Source: Octopus sinensis
Taxonomy: Eukaryota
DNA length: 64,000 nucleotides
Assembly (NCBI RefSeq): GCF_006345805.1
Contig: NC_042998.1
Span: forward strand, 110,608,001 to 110,672,000
Reading direction: 5' to 3'
Under the pieces are notes generated by a model. It was not told the origin of the DNA and did no database searches. It saw only the letters and a program-made list of their open reading frames with translations. Positions 13,041 through 25,054 of the stretch are shown here, in pieces. Within the stretch, counting starts at the first letter, position 1; each line of letters starts with the position of its first letter. Both the position numbers and the translations under genes were made by a program.

Positions 13041-13251
13041 TCCTTTCTACTTAAAGGCACAAGGCCGGAAATCTTGGCGGAGGGGGCTAGTCGATTACAT
13101 CGACCTCAGTGCTTCACTACTGCTTAATCTCCTGAGTCCGAAATGATGAAAAGGCAAAGTCGGCGGAATTTGAACGCAGACTGTAAGGACGGACGAAATA
13201 CCGCTAAGCATTTCACCCGGCGTGCTAACGATTCTGCCAGCTCGCCGCCTT
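13041..13251 (-). mobile_element. SINE family 2 copy with (ATT)n tail
   Basis: Reverse complement of the 4411-type head; followed on its own strand by ATT/GTT repeats. Confidence 0.8.
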
Positions 13252-13295
13252 AATAGTAACAACAACAACAACAATAATAATAATAACAACAACAA

Positions 13296-14096
13296 TAGAC
13301 TGCATTACCAAGAAAAAGAGGGGGAAGAGGACTTATTGGATGTGAACACAGAGAAAAAGATGGCTGTGGATGACTAAAAGTGATTTAAAACCGGAAACGG
13401 AGGCTCTAATCTGTGCTACCCAAGAGCAAGCACTAAGAACAAACTACATAAAATACAGAATAGACAACACAGCAGACAGTGATAAGTGCAGAATCTGCGA
13501 ACAAAACGGTGAAACCGTATGGCATATTACCAGCCAATATACGCCACTACAATATAGCCACTGGAAACTCTGCAACATGTATGGACTTGACAGGACCAAA
13601 AATTGGTGCGACCACAAACCTGAAGGTATCGTCGAAAATAGAAATGCAAAGATCCTGTGGGATTTTATGATTCAGCGCGACCACGAGATAGAGAATAGGA
13701 AGCCGGATGTAGTCTTAACTGAGAAAGAAAACAAACTATGCTGGATCATAGATATAGCATGCCCGGCTGAAAACATGGTATGCGATAAGGAAAAAAAGAA
13801 AAGTTGAGAGATATGACAGGTTAGCTTGGGGAGTTATGCAGTTGTGGTTGATGAAAAAAGGTAGCAGTAGTAACAATAATGGTCGGAGCCCTCGGAAGAG
13901 TGAGTAAAAATATCGAGAAGTACATGGAACAAATAGGGGCTGCAATAAGGGTGGAGCACTTGCAGAAAACAGCACAGCTTGGAACCGCTCGAATACTCCG
14001 GAAGATGCTCGAAAAGTAAGAGGTGTTACCTTAGTTCACTGGTAATGAACAGCTGACACTCTAGTACATCTGCAGCGTTAGAAGCTGTGCAAAGGC

Positions 14097-14097
<1 letters not shown>
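13296..14097 (+). mobile_element. R4/Dong-clade 3-prime fragment
   Basis: KSDLKPETEALICATQEQAL, CRICEQNGETVWHITS, ILWDFMIQRDHEIENRKPDVV...IIDIACP; flanked by (AAT/AAC)n. Confidence 0.9.
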
Positions 14098-14187
<90 letters not shown>

Positions 14188-14199
14188 CTACTACTACTT

Positions 14200-14290
<91 letters not shown>

Positions 14291-14304
14291 TAATAATAAT
14301 AATG

Positions 14305-14387
<83 letters not shown>

Positions 14388-14425
14388 AAGAAGAAGAAGA
14401 AGAAGAAAGAAGAAGAAGAAGAAAA
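14098..14425. repeat. Compound (AAT)n-(ACT)n-(AAT)n-(AAG)n microsatellite
   Basis: Direct reading. Confidence 0.95.
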
Positions 14426-15016
14426 ATAAGATGGTAATAATAGCCCCGCGCTGAATAACAACACGGATGTGATACACCGGTCTTCCCATTCAAAAACAAA
14501 TCTAATCCAATAACATCGATGGAATTAGATAAAGGAATCTGCTGAAGACTTGAAGGAAGGGGTCTTTTAACGAAAATAATAAAACAAAACTTAAATTTTA
14601 CTGCCATACAAAGCACATTTTCTCCTATGCACGATGTCTCAGTGAAACATGTGTGAAACACACACACGAATTCAACACCGAAAAGTATACAAATTATGAA
14701 ATAGAAATGGAACAATACTATAAGTGCATAAATTGAGTAATTACGCATACACTCGAATATCTACACAATCATATATACATTTTGATACTCATAGGACTAC
14801 ACATACATATCAATGTTTACACAACTACGTGAGATTTACAGGACAAACACTCATGCACGTGAAAACGAGGCAAAAACAAATACAAAACATTTCATTTTTT
14901 TATTTTCATTTTTCGAACTAACACAAAGTGAACCATTCATAAGTTTAAAAATACCACCATAAGCTATGCTCGGAGATATATCTATCAACAAAAAAAAATA
15001 CATATGAATAAGGATC

Positions 15017-15424
15017 TGTTAGCCATAAGAACTACATTACGAGCAACGTTTACATGCAGAGAACTCGGTGAGGGTGTTGTCTCAAAAAATTGACCCTAAA
15101 CAGACAAATCCGTCCCCTGATGTCAACGTCGAAGCTCGTCATACTTCAATGATAACAAAGCAAAATACAAACCAGATTAGTCGTCGACCGGATCACAAAG
15201 GGCCACACACTCGATATAGATATGTTAGCCTTAAGAAGCTACGTTATGAGCAATGTTTAAATGCAGAGAACTCGGAGACTGTGTTGTCTTCTCAAAAAAT
15301 TAACCCTCAACAGACAGATCCGTCCCCTTATGTCAACGTCGAAGCTCGTCATGCTTCACTGTTAACAAAGCAAAATACAAATCGGAATGGTCATTGACCG
15401 AATTACAAAGGACCACGTACTCGA
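15017..15424 (+). repeat. Tandem duplication of about 206 bp inside the R4 5-prime/N-terminal region
   Basis: Copy 1 15017-15214, copy 2 15223-15424; the ORF track shows repeated SQKI.P.QT.PSP.VNVEARH.S..TKQNTN. Confidence 0.9.
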
Positions 15425-18400
15425 ATTTTGAACCAGATTCGATACGAGAAATCAGCTACTGCTTCAGATCTTCCCGACACACAGGAGCTGGACGTACCCT
15501 ACAACCGGAATATTCCTACAGATGGCCATCCATACTCGTCATCAAATAATCAAAAGAAAAATAATGAAAATGGTCTAGGGAAGATAATAAAGAAGTTCTT
15601 ACGGCCTGCTACCATGCTATATATTTCCCCATAAATAAATTTAATACTGTACAATCCTACTTAAACTGGAGAAAGAAACACCCTGAAGTAAGACCTTACA
15701 TGGACAGTAACAAACTTGCCAACGTCAGAAAAAAAATTAAGAAAAAAAATTCAGTTTTACCAAATTAAACAAGAAGTGACAGATAAATAGAACGAAGCTG
15801 CAGCTAAATAATTATAAACCAGCCCAGGGCTGATGAAAACGTAGTAATGGTTGAAAGAGTTAATGTAATTGATAAGCAAAGTGAAATACTCTCTGAAGCA
15901 ACCATAAACACTAAGGCAGATGAAAATTAAATAGATGAAGAACGTCACACAGAAATTGACCCAACAGAACTACATGATCTAATCAAATCTTGATTGAATG
16001 GCTGAAAATTAAAGAAACCAGCATGAATGAACGCGGCACTCTCCCAAAAATTCGCAATTCTAAACAAAACCTGAAAATAATTGATAAAATCCGCCTTGCA
16101 CTTAAGGATATAATTTGAGCTAATGATGTTGATATCACAGATCTCAACCACCTGTACTATGCATCCGCGAAAATCTCAACGATTCTATGTGGTGAAAAGA
16201 TTAGAAAACGACATCATTCCCACAAAATGCCTTCTTGGCAAGAGCGTATTCAACATCAAATTAAGCTACTTAGGTCTGACAGAATATTTGAAAAACCTTA
16301 AGTTTGACAAGACTACCAAATCCTCAAAAACCCGAAAATTAAAGAACAAATACATGACAACCATACTTGACATTGATGCCGCCATAGAAACCATCAAGGA
16401 AAAGGTATGTGCTAAAGCTGCCCGCATAGCAAGGTATGAAAAGCGCGTTAGATTCTTCAAGGACAACAACATGTTCAAAAATATCCCCCAAAACCTTTAC
16501 AGGAAGATAGGGAAAACACCAGTTACGGTAAATTCTGTCCCATCAAAAGAAGAAAGGCAGGAATCTTGGATTAAAATTTGGTAGAAGAAAAAACACAACA
16601 AAAAAGGCCACTTGGATAGCTAGAATATCTACAACTGCACTCAGAAGGTCAAGCAAATGGAAGTCACCAGGAAAGGCTAAAATTCCTAAATTCTGGTTGA
16701 ATGCCCTCCCAGAGAGCCATGGACTGCTAACAGAACTTTACAACGATGTTTTACAATATCCTAGTATGATGCCTTCTTGGCTAGTTAATGGTTTAATATT
16801 CCTACTTCCAAAAAATGAAGAAACAAATCAACCAAAAACTTATAGACCCCAACCTGCTTAACAACAATATATAAAGTCCTAACAGCTGTCCTGGCTGAAT
16901 ATACCTATAGTTTTTTAATAGAAAGTAGCATATTCCCTAATGAGCAAAAAGGATGTTAACACGGATCTTATGGTTGTAAAGACCAGCTACTCATCAATAA
17001 GATGATCATAGAAGATTGTCACAAACGACATAAAAACTTGTCAACAGCCTGGATAGACTATAAAAAAGCTTTTGATAGCGTACCAGATAGCTGGATTAAG
17101 AAATATCTGAAAATGTATAAAATGGCGTCTATTCTGCGAAACATTTTGTTTGTAAGTATGAGATCATGGAGAACCACACTAACTTTGAACAGTGACAATG
17201 AATCTCTAAATGCTGGAGATGTTAGAATTTCATGTGGCATTTTACAGGGTCACTCACTATCACTACTCCTCTTTTGTCTAGCCTTAATACCTCACTCAAA
17301 ATTGATCAATGATGCACAGTACATTTATAAAATGTTTATTAAAAATGTAAATCATCTCATTTACATAGATGATTTAAAACTCTGCAAAAAATGACCAACA
17401 ACTCAAGGGCTTACTAGCGATTGTTAAACAATTCAGTGATGAGATCAAGATGCAATTAGGCTTCGATAAATGTGCAAAAGCTACCTTTATCAAAGGAAAA
17501 ATAACAGAAACAACTAACGTTAACATTGTCCAGCAGAATGTCATAAAAGATTTAGAACCAGCGGAGATCTACAAATAACTAAGGGTACATGAAGGGGACG
17601 GATTCAAGCATTTAGTGATGAGAGAAAGGATCAGAAGTGAATGTTATCGCAGGGTGAGAGCAATACTTAAGACAGAACTGAATGTAAGAAACAGGATCGA
17701 AGTGATTAATGCATTAGCCATACCAGTCGTGACTTACAGTTTCAATATCATTAACTCGTCAATTACTGAAATATGTAATCTTGACAGGAAAATACGAAAA
17801 CTGTTGACAATGCATAGAATGCACCACCCTAAGGAAGATATAGAACGACTTTACCTGCCAAGAATAGAGGTAGGCCGTGGACTTTTACAACTGGCATTAA
17901 CAATAAAGATTGCCGCAATTGGCCTAAACACCTACCTGAAAATCTCTGAGGACTGGATGTCAAAACATGTCTCAAAACATGAAAACAAGAAAGCATCATA
18001 CTCAGTAACAAAACAGGCAAAGGAATATCTAAGTGAATTCCAAATACAACAAATTCCGGAATTAGACATACAAGAACCAAGCGCAGAAAAAGCTAAGCGC
18101 ATGAAAACCCGTGCTAAAACTGCTACCTTAAATATTCTGACTGATAAATGGCAAGAAAAACCTCTCAATGGCAAATACCTAAGGAGAGCGAATAATGCCG
18201 ATGGTGACAAAGCGCTTACCCATCTAATGGCTTCTGACTTAAAATCTCAAACAGAAGTGTTTATCATAGCAGCCCAAGATCAGTGCCTACCTGCAAGGCA
18301 CTACCAGGCCAACATATTAAAGAGCGACAGCTTCCCAACATGTCGTGTATGTCAACTAAATTAAACTATTGATCATGTTGTCTCCATATGCAGTTTTCCG

Positions 18401-18707
18401 GCGCCTACAGAGTATTTCAACAGGCATGATAGAGCTTCACAATATATTCACTGGGTAATTTGCAAAAACCTGGATTTGCTCCATTATAAAAGCTGGTGGC
18501 AACACAAAACACCTCCAGTGCTTGAACATGATCACATCTCACTCCTTTGAAATTTCACCATTCAAACTGACAGAAAGATAGATGCAAATAGGCCAGACAT
18601 CATATTGAAAGACTTCATAAAAAAATCCTGCCTCCTCATTGATATGACTGCCCCAATCGATATAAACGTATTTGTCAAGACCTACCAAAAACTGAGCAAG
18701 TATAAAG

Positions 18708-18821
18708 ATTTCCCCAAGACACCTGATGAATGCTGGAGAGTATAGCACCCGAAGCGTTGGGTTAACAACAAACAAGATAAGGACAAATATCCGTCAAATG
18801 TAAATAATGTAAATAATGAAC
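18708..18821 (+). mobile_element. 114-bp hammerhead-bearing insertion with 7-bp TSD inside the R4 RLE domain
   Basis: TATAAAG at 18701-18707 and 18822-18828; the R4 frame KLSKYK resumes as YKVLEVESSKMW; insert carries acac-CTGATGA-atgctggagagtatagcaccc-GAAG-cg-TT-gggt. Confidence 0.8.
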
Positions 18822-19211
18822 TATAAAGTTCTTGAAGTAGAAAGTAGTAAAATGTGGAACCTAAAACAATACCTGCTGTTATAGGTGCCCTGGGAATGAT
18901 AGCAAAAGGGGCTGACTTCTACCTAGCTCAGATACCAGGAAATCCCAAAATGGCAAAAATTCAAGAGATAGTTCCTATGAGAACTACCCATATCCAACGC
19001 AAAATACTTTCTACGTAACCACAAATGTTAAAACAGGCACATAATTTTCTTGTGATTTCTTAAACATTCTCTAGAACAACACAATGTACAAAACCAAATA
19101 TATGGCACCCTAGGCATAACACCAACATGAACTTCGAACTTGTTTTCTCGTGAGGTCACTGGGTGAGACTTAGAGCCAACTTGTACAAATGCAAAGCAAA
19201 GTCAAACGTAA

Positions 19212-19254
<43 letters not shown>

Positions 19255-19299
19255 GTAATAATAATAATAGTAATAATAATAGTAATAGTAATAGTAATA

Positions 19300-19665
19300 A
19301 ATACTTTCTAATTGATATATCAATACCAGCAGATGACAACGTTTCTCTAAAAGAAATGGAGAAAATTTCAAAATACAAAGACCTGGAAATAGAGTTAACT
19401 CGGATGTGGAATCTAAAAACAGAAACAATTCCTATCATAGTAGGCGCATTACGTATGATAAAAAAATATTCTGACAAATACATAACAAAAACACCAGGAC
19501 TTACAAATATATATAACATACAGAAAATTGCACTACTTGGCAGAACACATCCTACGCAATACAGTAACCATAAGAGCATCAAAGCAAACCATAGTACATA
19601 CCCAAGGCACACAGAGCTGCGCTCGGTAGTGAAGTAAAAGCACGTTATAAGAGTAAAACTACTGA
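19300..19665 (+). mobile_element. 5-prime-truncated R4/Dong copy of another subfamily (same 3-prime UTR as 52035-52163)
   Basis: LIDISIPADDNVSLKEMEKISKYKDLEIELTRMW...IPIIVGAL; between (AAT)n tracts. Confidence 0.88.
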
Positions 19666-19677
19666 ATGATAATAATG

Positions 19678-19756
<79 letters not shown>

Positions 19757-19821
19757 TAATAATAGTAATAATGATGATGATGATGATGATGATGATAATA
19801 ATAATAATAATAATAATAATA

Positions 19822-19863
<42 letters not shown>

Positions 19864-19864
<1 letters not shown>

Positions 19865-20002
19865 CCTTTCTATTATAGGCACAAGGCCGTAAATTTTGGG
19901 AGAGGAGGCTAGTCGATTACATCGACCCTCAGTGAGTAACTTGTGATTATTTCATCTGCCCCTCGGCAGAATTTAAACTCAGAATGTAAAGACGGACGAA
20001 AT
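19864..20002 (-). mobile_element. Truncated SINE family 2 copy
   Basis: tcctttct...ggcacaaggcc...gattacatcgacc as at 13041. Confidence 0.7.
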
Positions 20003-20009
20003 AATAATA

Positions 20010-21590
20010 GGGTCCAAAACTGCCATCGAAACCCTAAAACAGCGTGTGCGAGATAAAACACTAAAGGTGTAGCGTTACACTGATCACATATCCCAGTTCT
20101 GGAGAAACCTGTTATTCTCAAATAACCAGAGGCAGTTTTTGTAGGCCTTAGGAGGCAATTCAGAAGATAATACACCTCCTGAAGCAGAAGAAATCCGCCA
20201 CTTTTGAAATAACATCGGGGGGCAAGAAGTTTCGCACAATTACCGTGCTGAGTGGATTCATTCCGTTAGATCCGAACCCCATCACCCGGAGGCTCGTCGA
20301 CAAAACCATGTACGCATAACAACAGAAGATCCCATTGCACAAATATCAAAACTGCTAAACTGGAAAGTGGCTGGACCAGACGGAATTCAAGGCGACTGGC
20401 TCAAGTGGTTTAGGTCAATACACAAGAGAATTGCGTTGCAATTAGACAATAGCCTTCAGGGCAGTGCAGTTCCGGAGTGGATGGTAGAGGGAAGAGCAAC
20501 ATTGTTAAGGAATAATCGGTGGAAGGGCAATGAAGTTGGTAATTACCGACCCATTGCTTGTGATAACCTCCTATGGAAAATATTAACAAGTACCCTCGCA
20601 GGGAAAATATATATGTTCCTTGCGGAAAAACAATCTACTGCCAGTAGAACAAAAGGGGTGCCGAAAAGGATCCGTGGGTACCAAGGACCACCTTGTGATA
20701 GACAAGGTTATAATTAACTTATGCATGGCCTGGAGAGACTTCAAAAAGTTTTACGTCATGTTGCCTCATTCGTGGAATTTGGAAACACTCGACATGTGTG
20801 GAACACCTGAGAATGTGGTGTGCACTAATTAAGACGTGCATGCCTAGTTGGAAAACACGTCTTTCCTGTAACAACCAGCACTTAGACGAGGTAACAATTA
20901 AAAGTGGTAGCTTCTAAGGAGAATCTTGTTCACCGCTGTTATTTGTTAAAGCCTTGATCCCACTTTCTGTAATCCTACACAAAATCAACGTGTACTATGA
21001 GCTGCGAAAGAATGGGCGTCGCACAACTTAAGGAACCTTGTGACTGCCATCAACATATGAGCTGTTGCTGTCGTCGGCTATAGTTCCCCATTCTGAAATG
21101 GACACAAGCGGAGATAGAGTAACACGATCGCACTACCCGAAAAATAATGACAATGCATGGTGCCCTCCAACGTAAGGAAAATGTACACAGGCTCCACATG
21201 ATGAGTGGTAAAGTTGGACGTGGGCTGATTAGCATACGGGAATGCATCATCAGTGAAAGAAGAAACGTGGCAGAATATTTGGTAAACAGCAAGCAAGACC
21301 TGCTACTGTATGCTGCTAGTGAAGAAAGAGTTAACAAAAATGGGGTTGAGAGTGCTCATGAATTCCGATCAGGAACAACCGACTCCGTATGGAGTTACAT
21401 GGTCCGTTCCACTGTGAAACCAACAAATTAAAAGACCAGGAAGCATCATGGAAGTGGCTCAACAAGGGTGGCCTAAAAATAGAATACTGAAAGCCTAATC
21501 ATTGCTGCCCAGGACCGAGCATTGAATACCAGCTTAGTGAAAAAGAATGTATACCACACAATTGCAACGGATCTCTACACTTGTCTGGTC
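20010..21590 (+). mobile_element. Degenerate internal R4/Dong-clade RT fragment
   Basis: AGPDGIQG.W, NYRPIAC.NLLWK, EQKGCRKGSVGTKDHL, HRLH....GRGLISI, TESLIIAAQD. Confidence 0.85.
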
Positions 21591-22362
21591 TGCATAATGT
21601 GTGAGAAGGGGGTCGAGGTCTTACGTCATCATAGTCCACACTTCTTCCATTACGGTGGTTAAACAATTACGATACTTCGTAGCATTAGTCTTTATTAAAT
21701 ACAGAGCAAATGTAGCGAAAAATAGCAGTAAACACAAATCTATATAATTAGTTCGTATGTACGTTTCTTCATTATGGATGCTTTGAACTTTGCATTAGAT
21801 GTTGCAAATGCATTTGGATGCTTAACCTGAGCTGGTCATCATTTATAGAGAACTAAGATCAAGTGTTAGATAAATTGCGAGGCAATTTTGATATTTCCCA
21901 GGGAAATAGAGAGTAGTTGATGTAGGAAATAGGGGTTAAGAAGCAAGAGTGAATGAGAGTGAAAGAGAAACAGAAAAGGCAAATATAGTATAATGAAAAC
22001 AAAAGAAGATACACAAAAAAGGAAGAGAGAAAGAAAGAGAAAAACAGGAAGAATGGAATAAAGAAAGAAAGAAGAAAAAGAAAGAAATGAAGATAGTTCT
22101 ACTCAGGGAATTTTAAAATGAAAAACATGAGACCTTTTGGTATTCTCTTCTCTTAAATTCTGGCCTTCCTTTAGTATGTCTGTTGTTTTACATCGATGTA
22201 TACACACACACACACACACACACACTTACATACATATATATATATATATATTTATATACCGGAGTAAACACATAAATGTGAAACAAGGTGGAAAAAAGAG
22301 TACTCAAATACCAGTGGTAGAGTAATATGCTTTATTTTAAGCAGCAGAAAATTCAACAAAAT

Positions 22363-22400
22363 CTGTTACTCTGAGTTTCTCGTTGCCGTTCATCAGACAG
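22363..22400 (-). ncRNA. Identical minimal type-I hammerhead ribozyme in the inverted 5-prime pLTR
   Basis: Exact reverse complement of 26101-26138. Confidence 0.88.
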
Positions 22401-22918
22401 TTTTTGCTAGAATGGAACTTATATATCAATTCAATCTATACTCTTACAAACGCTACACCTTTAAAAAGAAATGGACTTGTTTGATTGGCCCTTTAGAAAA
22501 AACGGTCAATCTTCGAGCGATAAACAAAAAGGTCAAAAATATATGTATATATATATAAAAAAACTTATAAAAATTATAAAATCCGAGGAAAAAACCGAGG
22601 AAAAAACCTATTGACGTTAATGAAGACAGTGCAAATTAATGCATAGAAATTAAACCTGTTATAAATAATGCAATACATATTTATATTAAAATCTACATAT
22701 ATATATCAACATACACAAAAGGATGCGCGTAAACGCCATACATACATATACAGACGTATGAATATGAATCTAAATATACACATAAAAGCATACCACTGGT
22801 ATTTGAGTACTCTTTTTTCCACCTTGTTTCACATTTATGTGTTTACTCCGGTGTAACCCGCTCCTTGTAAAAGTTTGAGCGACTCTGCACAAGTAGGAAG
22901 AACAAACAGCTGAAAAAG

Positions 22919-25054
22919 ATGGAACTTTACCCGCTGGATTTTTCTCAGAAAAATATACCTATCCCTGCACGGAAACCATATCTCAAAAGTCTTATAGAGA
23001 AAACGGAAGAGTTTATTAGAAGACTGAGATGGAAAGCCTTCTTCTTTGATAATAAACAGAAAATAGAAGGAAACAAATATGGATTTAAATCTCCCAGAAA
23101 CCCGCCACCGATTCCGGAATTAGAAGCCTTCGAGAAAGACCTTTTCGAGCTTATTAGGAAAATTAAATTCCGCAAATATACCAACCAATTGCAGACAAAT
23201 ATGAGAGAAAAAATTAAGGAGATTAACGACTCGAATAAGATCTTCGTTAACTCTGACATGACAAGGAACTTATATGCACTTGATAAGGACGTTTATAAAC
23301 GCCTGATTTCGAATAGTGTCACGGACACATACAAAAAAGACTACACGAATATATACAAAATGGTGAACTTAGAAGCAAGAGGAATAGCTAACGATCTTAA
23401 GATTAGCGATAGGATTGAATACCTTTCACCACGACCAGCTTTTATTACTCTGAAAGACCATAAAGCCAATTTTAGTAGAAACCCCAAATGTAGATTGATA
23501 AATCCGGCTAAAACTGAGATAGGAATTATTAGCAAAAATATTTTGGACCGTATTTTAGTTAAGTTAGATAGTGAAGTAGACTTGAGAATTTGGAAGAATA
23601 GTAAGTCAGTTATAGAGTGGTTTAAAGGTATTAGCTATAAGAATAATTGTAGTTTCACACAATTCGACATTATTGACTTTTACCCGTCAATATCTAGGAC
23701 GTTGCTCCTAAGGGCATTGGACTTCGCCAAGCAGTATGTCAACATCGATAGCTCGGAAATTGAAATTATTATGCATGCGAGGAAATCGCTTCTTTTTTTC
23801 GAGGATTCCACCTGGATTAAGAAGACTGAGGATTCTCTTTTCGATGTACCGATGGGGGCATACGACGGGGCTGAGTTATGTATGCTCATAGGAGCCTTTA
23901 TTCTCCATAATCTAAAAATAGAATTCCCATTTATAGATGCAGGTTTATATAGGGATGACGGCCTTATAGCCACGCATAATCTAAACGGCTATGAATCAGA
24001 TAGACTTAGGAAGGACCTTATAGCTTTCTTTCAAAGGATAGGCTTACGGATTACGATAGATGCTAACCTGAATAGTGTAGATTTTTTAGACGTAAATTTT
24101 AATGTAAGATCGGATAGATTTAAACCTTTCCGTAAGCCCAATGAAAAGCTATCGTATATTAGCAAAGATTCGAACCATCCACCAGTTATCCTTAGCAACT
24201 TAGTCAGCAATGTAGGTAGAAGAATATCTTCAATTTCTTCGGACGAGGCAGCATTCCATAATGCTGCACCTTATTACAATAGCGCATTAAAGAATAGTGG
24301 ATTCTCGGAGAAGATTCAGTTCAACCAGCTTAATGCTAATAATAATGCTGCACGAAGAACTAGGACCAGGAAAGTTTTGTGGTTCAACCCGGCTTTCAAT
24401 TTGGCCGTAAAGACTAATATAGGTAAGGAATTTTTGAGATTAGTCTCTAAGCATTTTAAGCAGGGTCATAAATTCTACAGAATATTTAATAGAAGAACCC
24501 TGAAGGTTAGCTATTCTTGTTGCAGAAATTTCGCCTCTTACATTAGCCAACATAATAGGAAGCTAATTGAGATTAGACATGGTGCCGAGCCCATCAAGAA
24601 ATGTAATTTCAAAAACGAAAGCTCCTGTCCGTTAGAAGGGAAATGTCTAGTGAAAGGAGTAGTTTATAGAGCCAAGGTGCAAGTGGAAGGCTCATCGGAA
24701 TACAAGACATACACAGGGGCTTCAGAAAATTCATTTAAAACAAGATTTTATTCTCATAAAAATTCTTTTAAATACCCAGAGAATAGGAAGAAAACCAGCC
24801 TAGCAAAATATGTCTGGGAACTAAAAGAAAAGGAAGCCCCACCTTTCAACGTGACATGGAGCATTCTGGACAGGGCGGCACCATACAGGCATGGAGCTTA
24901 CAAATATAATTTCAAGTGCAGACTTTGCCTATTAGAAAAAATGTACATCTTATTCAAAGACAATAATTCTTTGAATCAAAGAAGTGAGTTAATGAACTTA
25001 TGTAGGCACGCGGCTAAATTTAAAATGTCGAATATAAATATACCATATGGATAG
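22919..25054 (+). CDS. Penelope-like element polyprotein: reverse transcriptase + C-terminal GIY-YIG endonuclease (711 aa, uninterrupted)
   Basis: RT motifs QFDIIDFYPSI, PMGAYDGAELC, YRDDGL, FLDVNF; thumb KDSNHP; linker CNFKNESSCPLEGKC; GIY-YIG GVVYRAKV...YTGASENSFKTRFYSH; C-terminal CRLCLLEK...LN.RSEL...CRH. Confidence 0.95.
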   Translation: MELYPLDFSQKNIPIPARKPYLKSLIEKTEEFIRRLRWKAFFFDNKQKIEGNKYGFKSPRNPPPIPELEAFEKDLFELIRKIKFRKYTNQLQTNMREKIKEINDSNKIFVNSDMTRNLYALDKDVYKRLISNSVTDTYKKDYTNIYKMVNLEARGIANDLKISDRIEYLSPRPAFITLKDHKANFSRNPKCRLINPAKTEIGIISKNILDRILVKLDSEVDLRIWKNSKSVIEWFKGISYKNNCSFTQFDIIDFYPSISRTLLLRALDFAKQYVNIDSSEIEIIMHARKSLLFFEDSTWIKKTEDSLFDVPMGAYDGAELCMLIGAFILHNLKIEFPFIDAGLYRDDGLIATHNLNGYESDRLRKDLIAFFQRIGLRITIDANLNSVDFLDVNFNVRSDRFKPFRKPNEKLSYISKDSNHPPVILSNLVSNVGRRISSISSDEAAFHNAAPYYNSALKNSGFSEKIQFNQLNANNNAARRTRTRKVLWFNPAFNLAVKTNIGKEFLRLVSKHFKQGHKFYRIFNRRTLKVSYSCCRNFASYISQHNRKLIEIRHGAEPIKKCNFKNESSCPLEGKCLVKGVVYRAKVQVEGSSEYKTYTGASENSFKTRFYSHKNSFKYPENRKKTSLAKYVWELKEKEAPPFNVTWSILDRAAPYRHGAYKYNFKCRLCLLEKMYILFKDNNSLNQRSELMNLCRHAAKFKMSNINIPYG

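Larger units (their letters stand above)
15000..19211 (+). mobile_element. Near-full-length R4/Dong-clade non-LTR retrotransposon, pseudogenised (5-prime boundary approximate)
   Basis: N-terminal WRKKHPEVRPYMDSNKLANVR; KAARIARYEKR; RT YRP, EQKGC..GSYGCKDQL, AWIDYKKAFDSVP, GILQG.SLSLLLF, YIDDLKL; CRVCQL..TIDH; RLE IQTDRKIDANRPDIILKD...LIDM; (AAT)n tail. Confidence 0.92.

Noticed and set aside
22945-23973. Three antisense ORFs (104, 64, 97 aa) inside the PLE ORF
   Set aside because: Shadow ORFs on the opposite strand of a long coding region; no recognisable motifs
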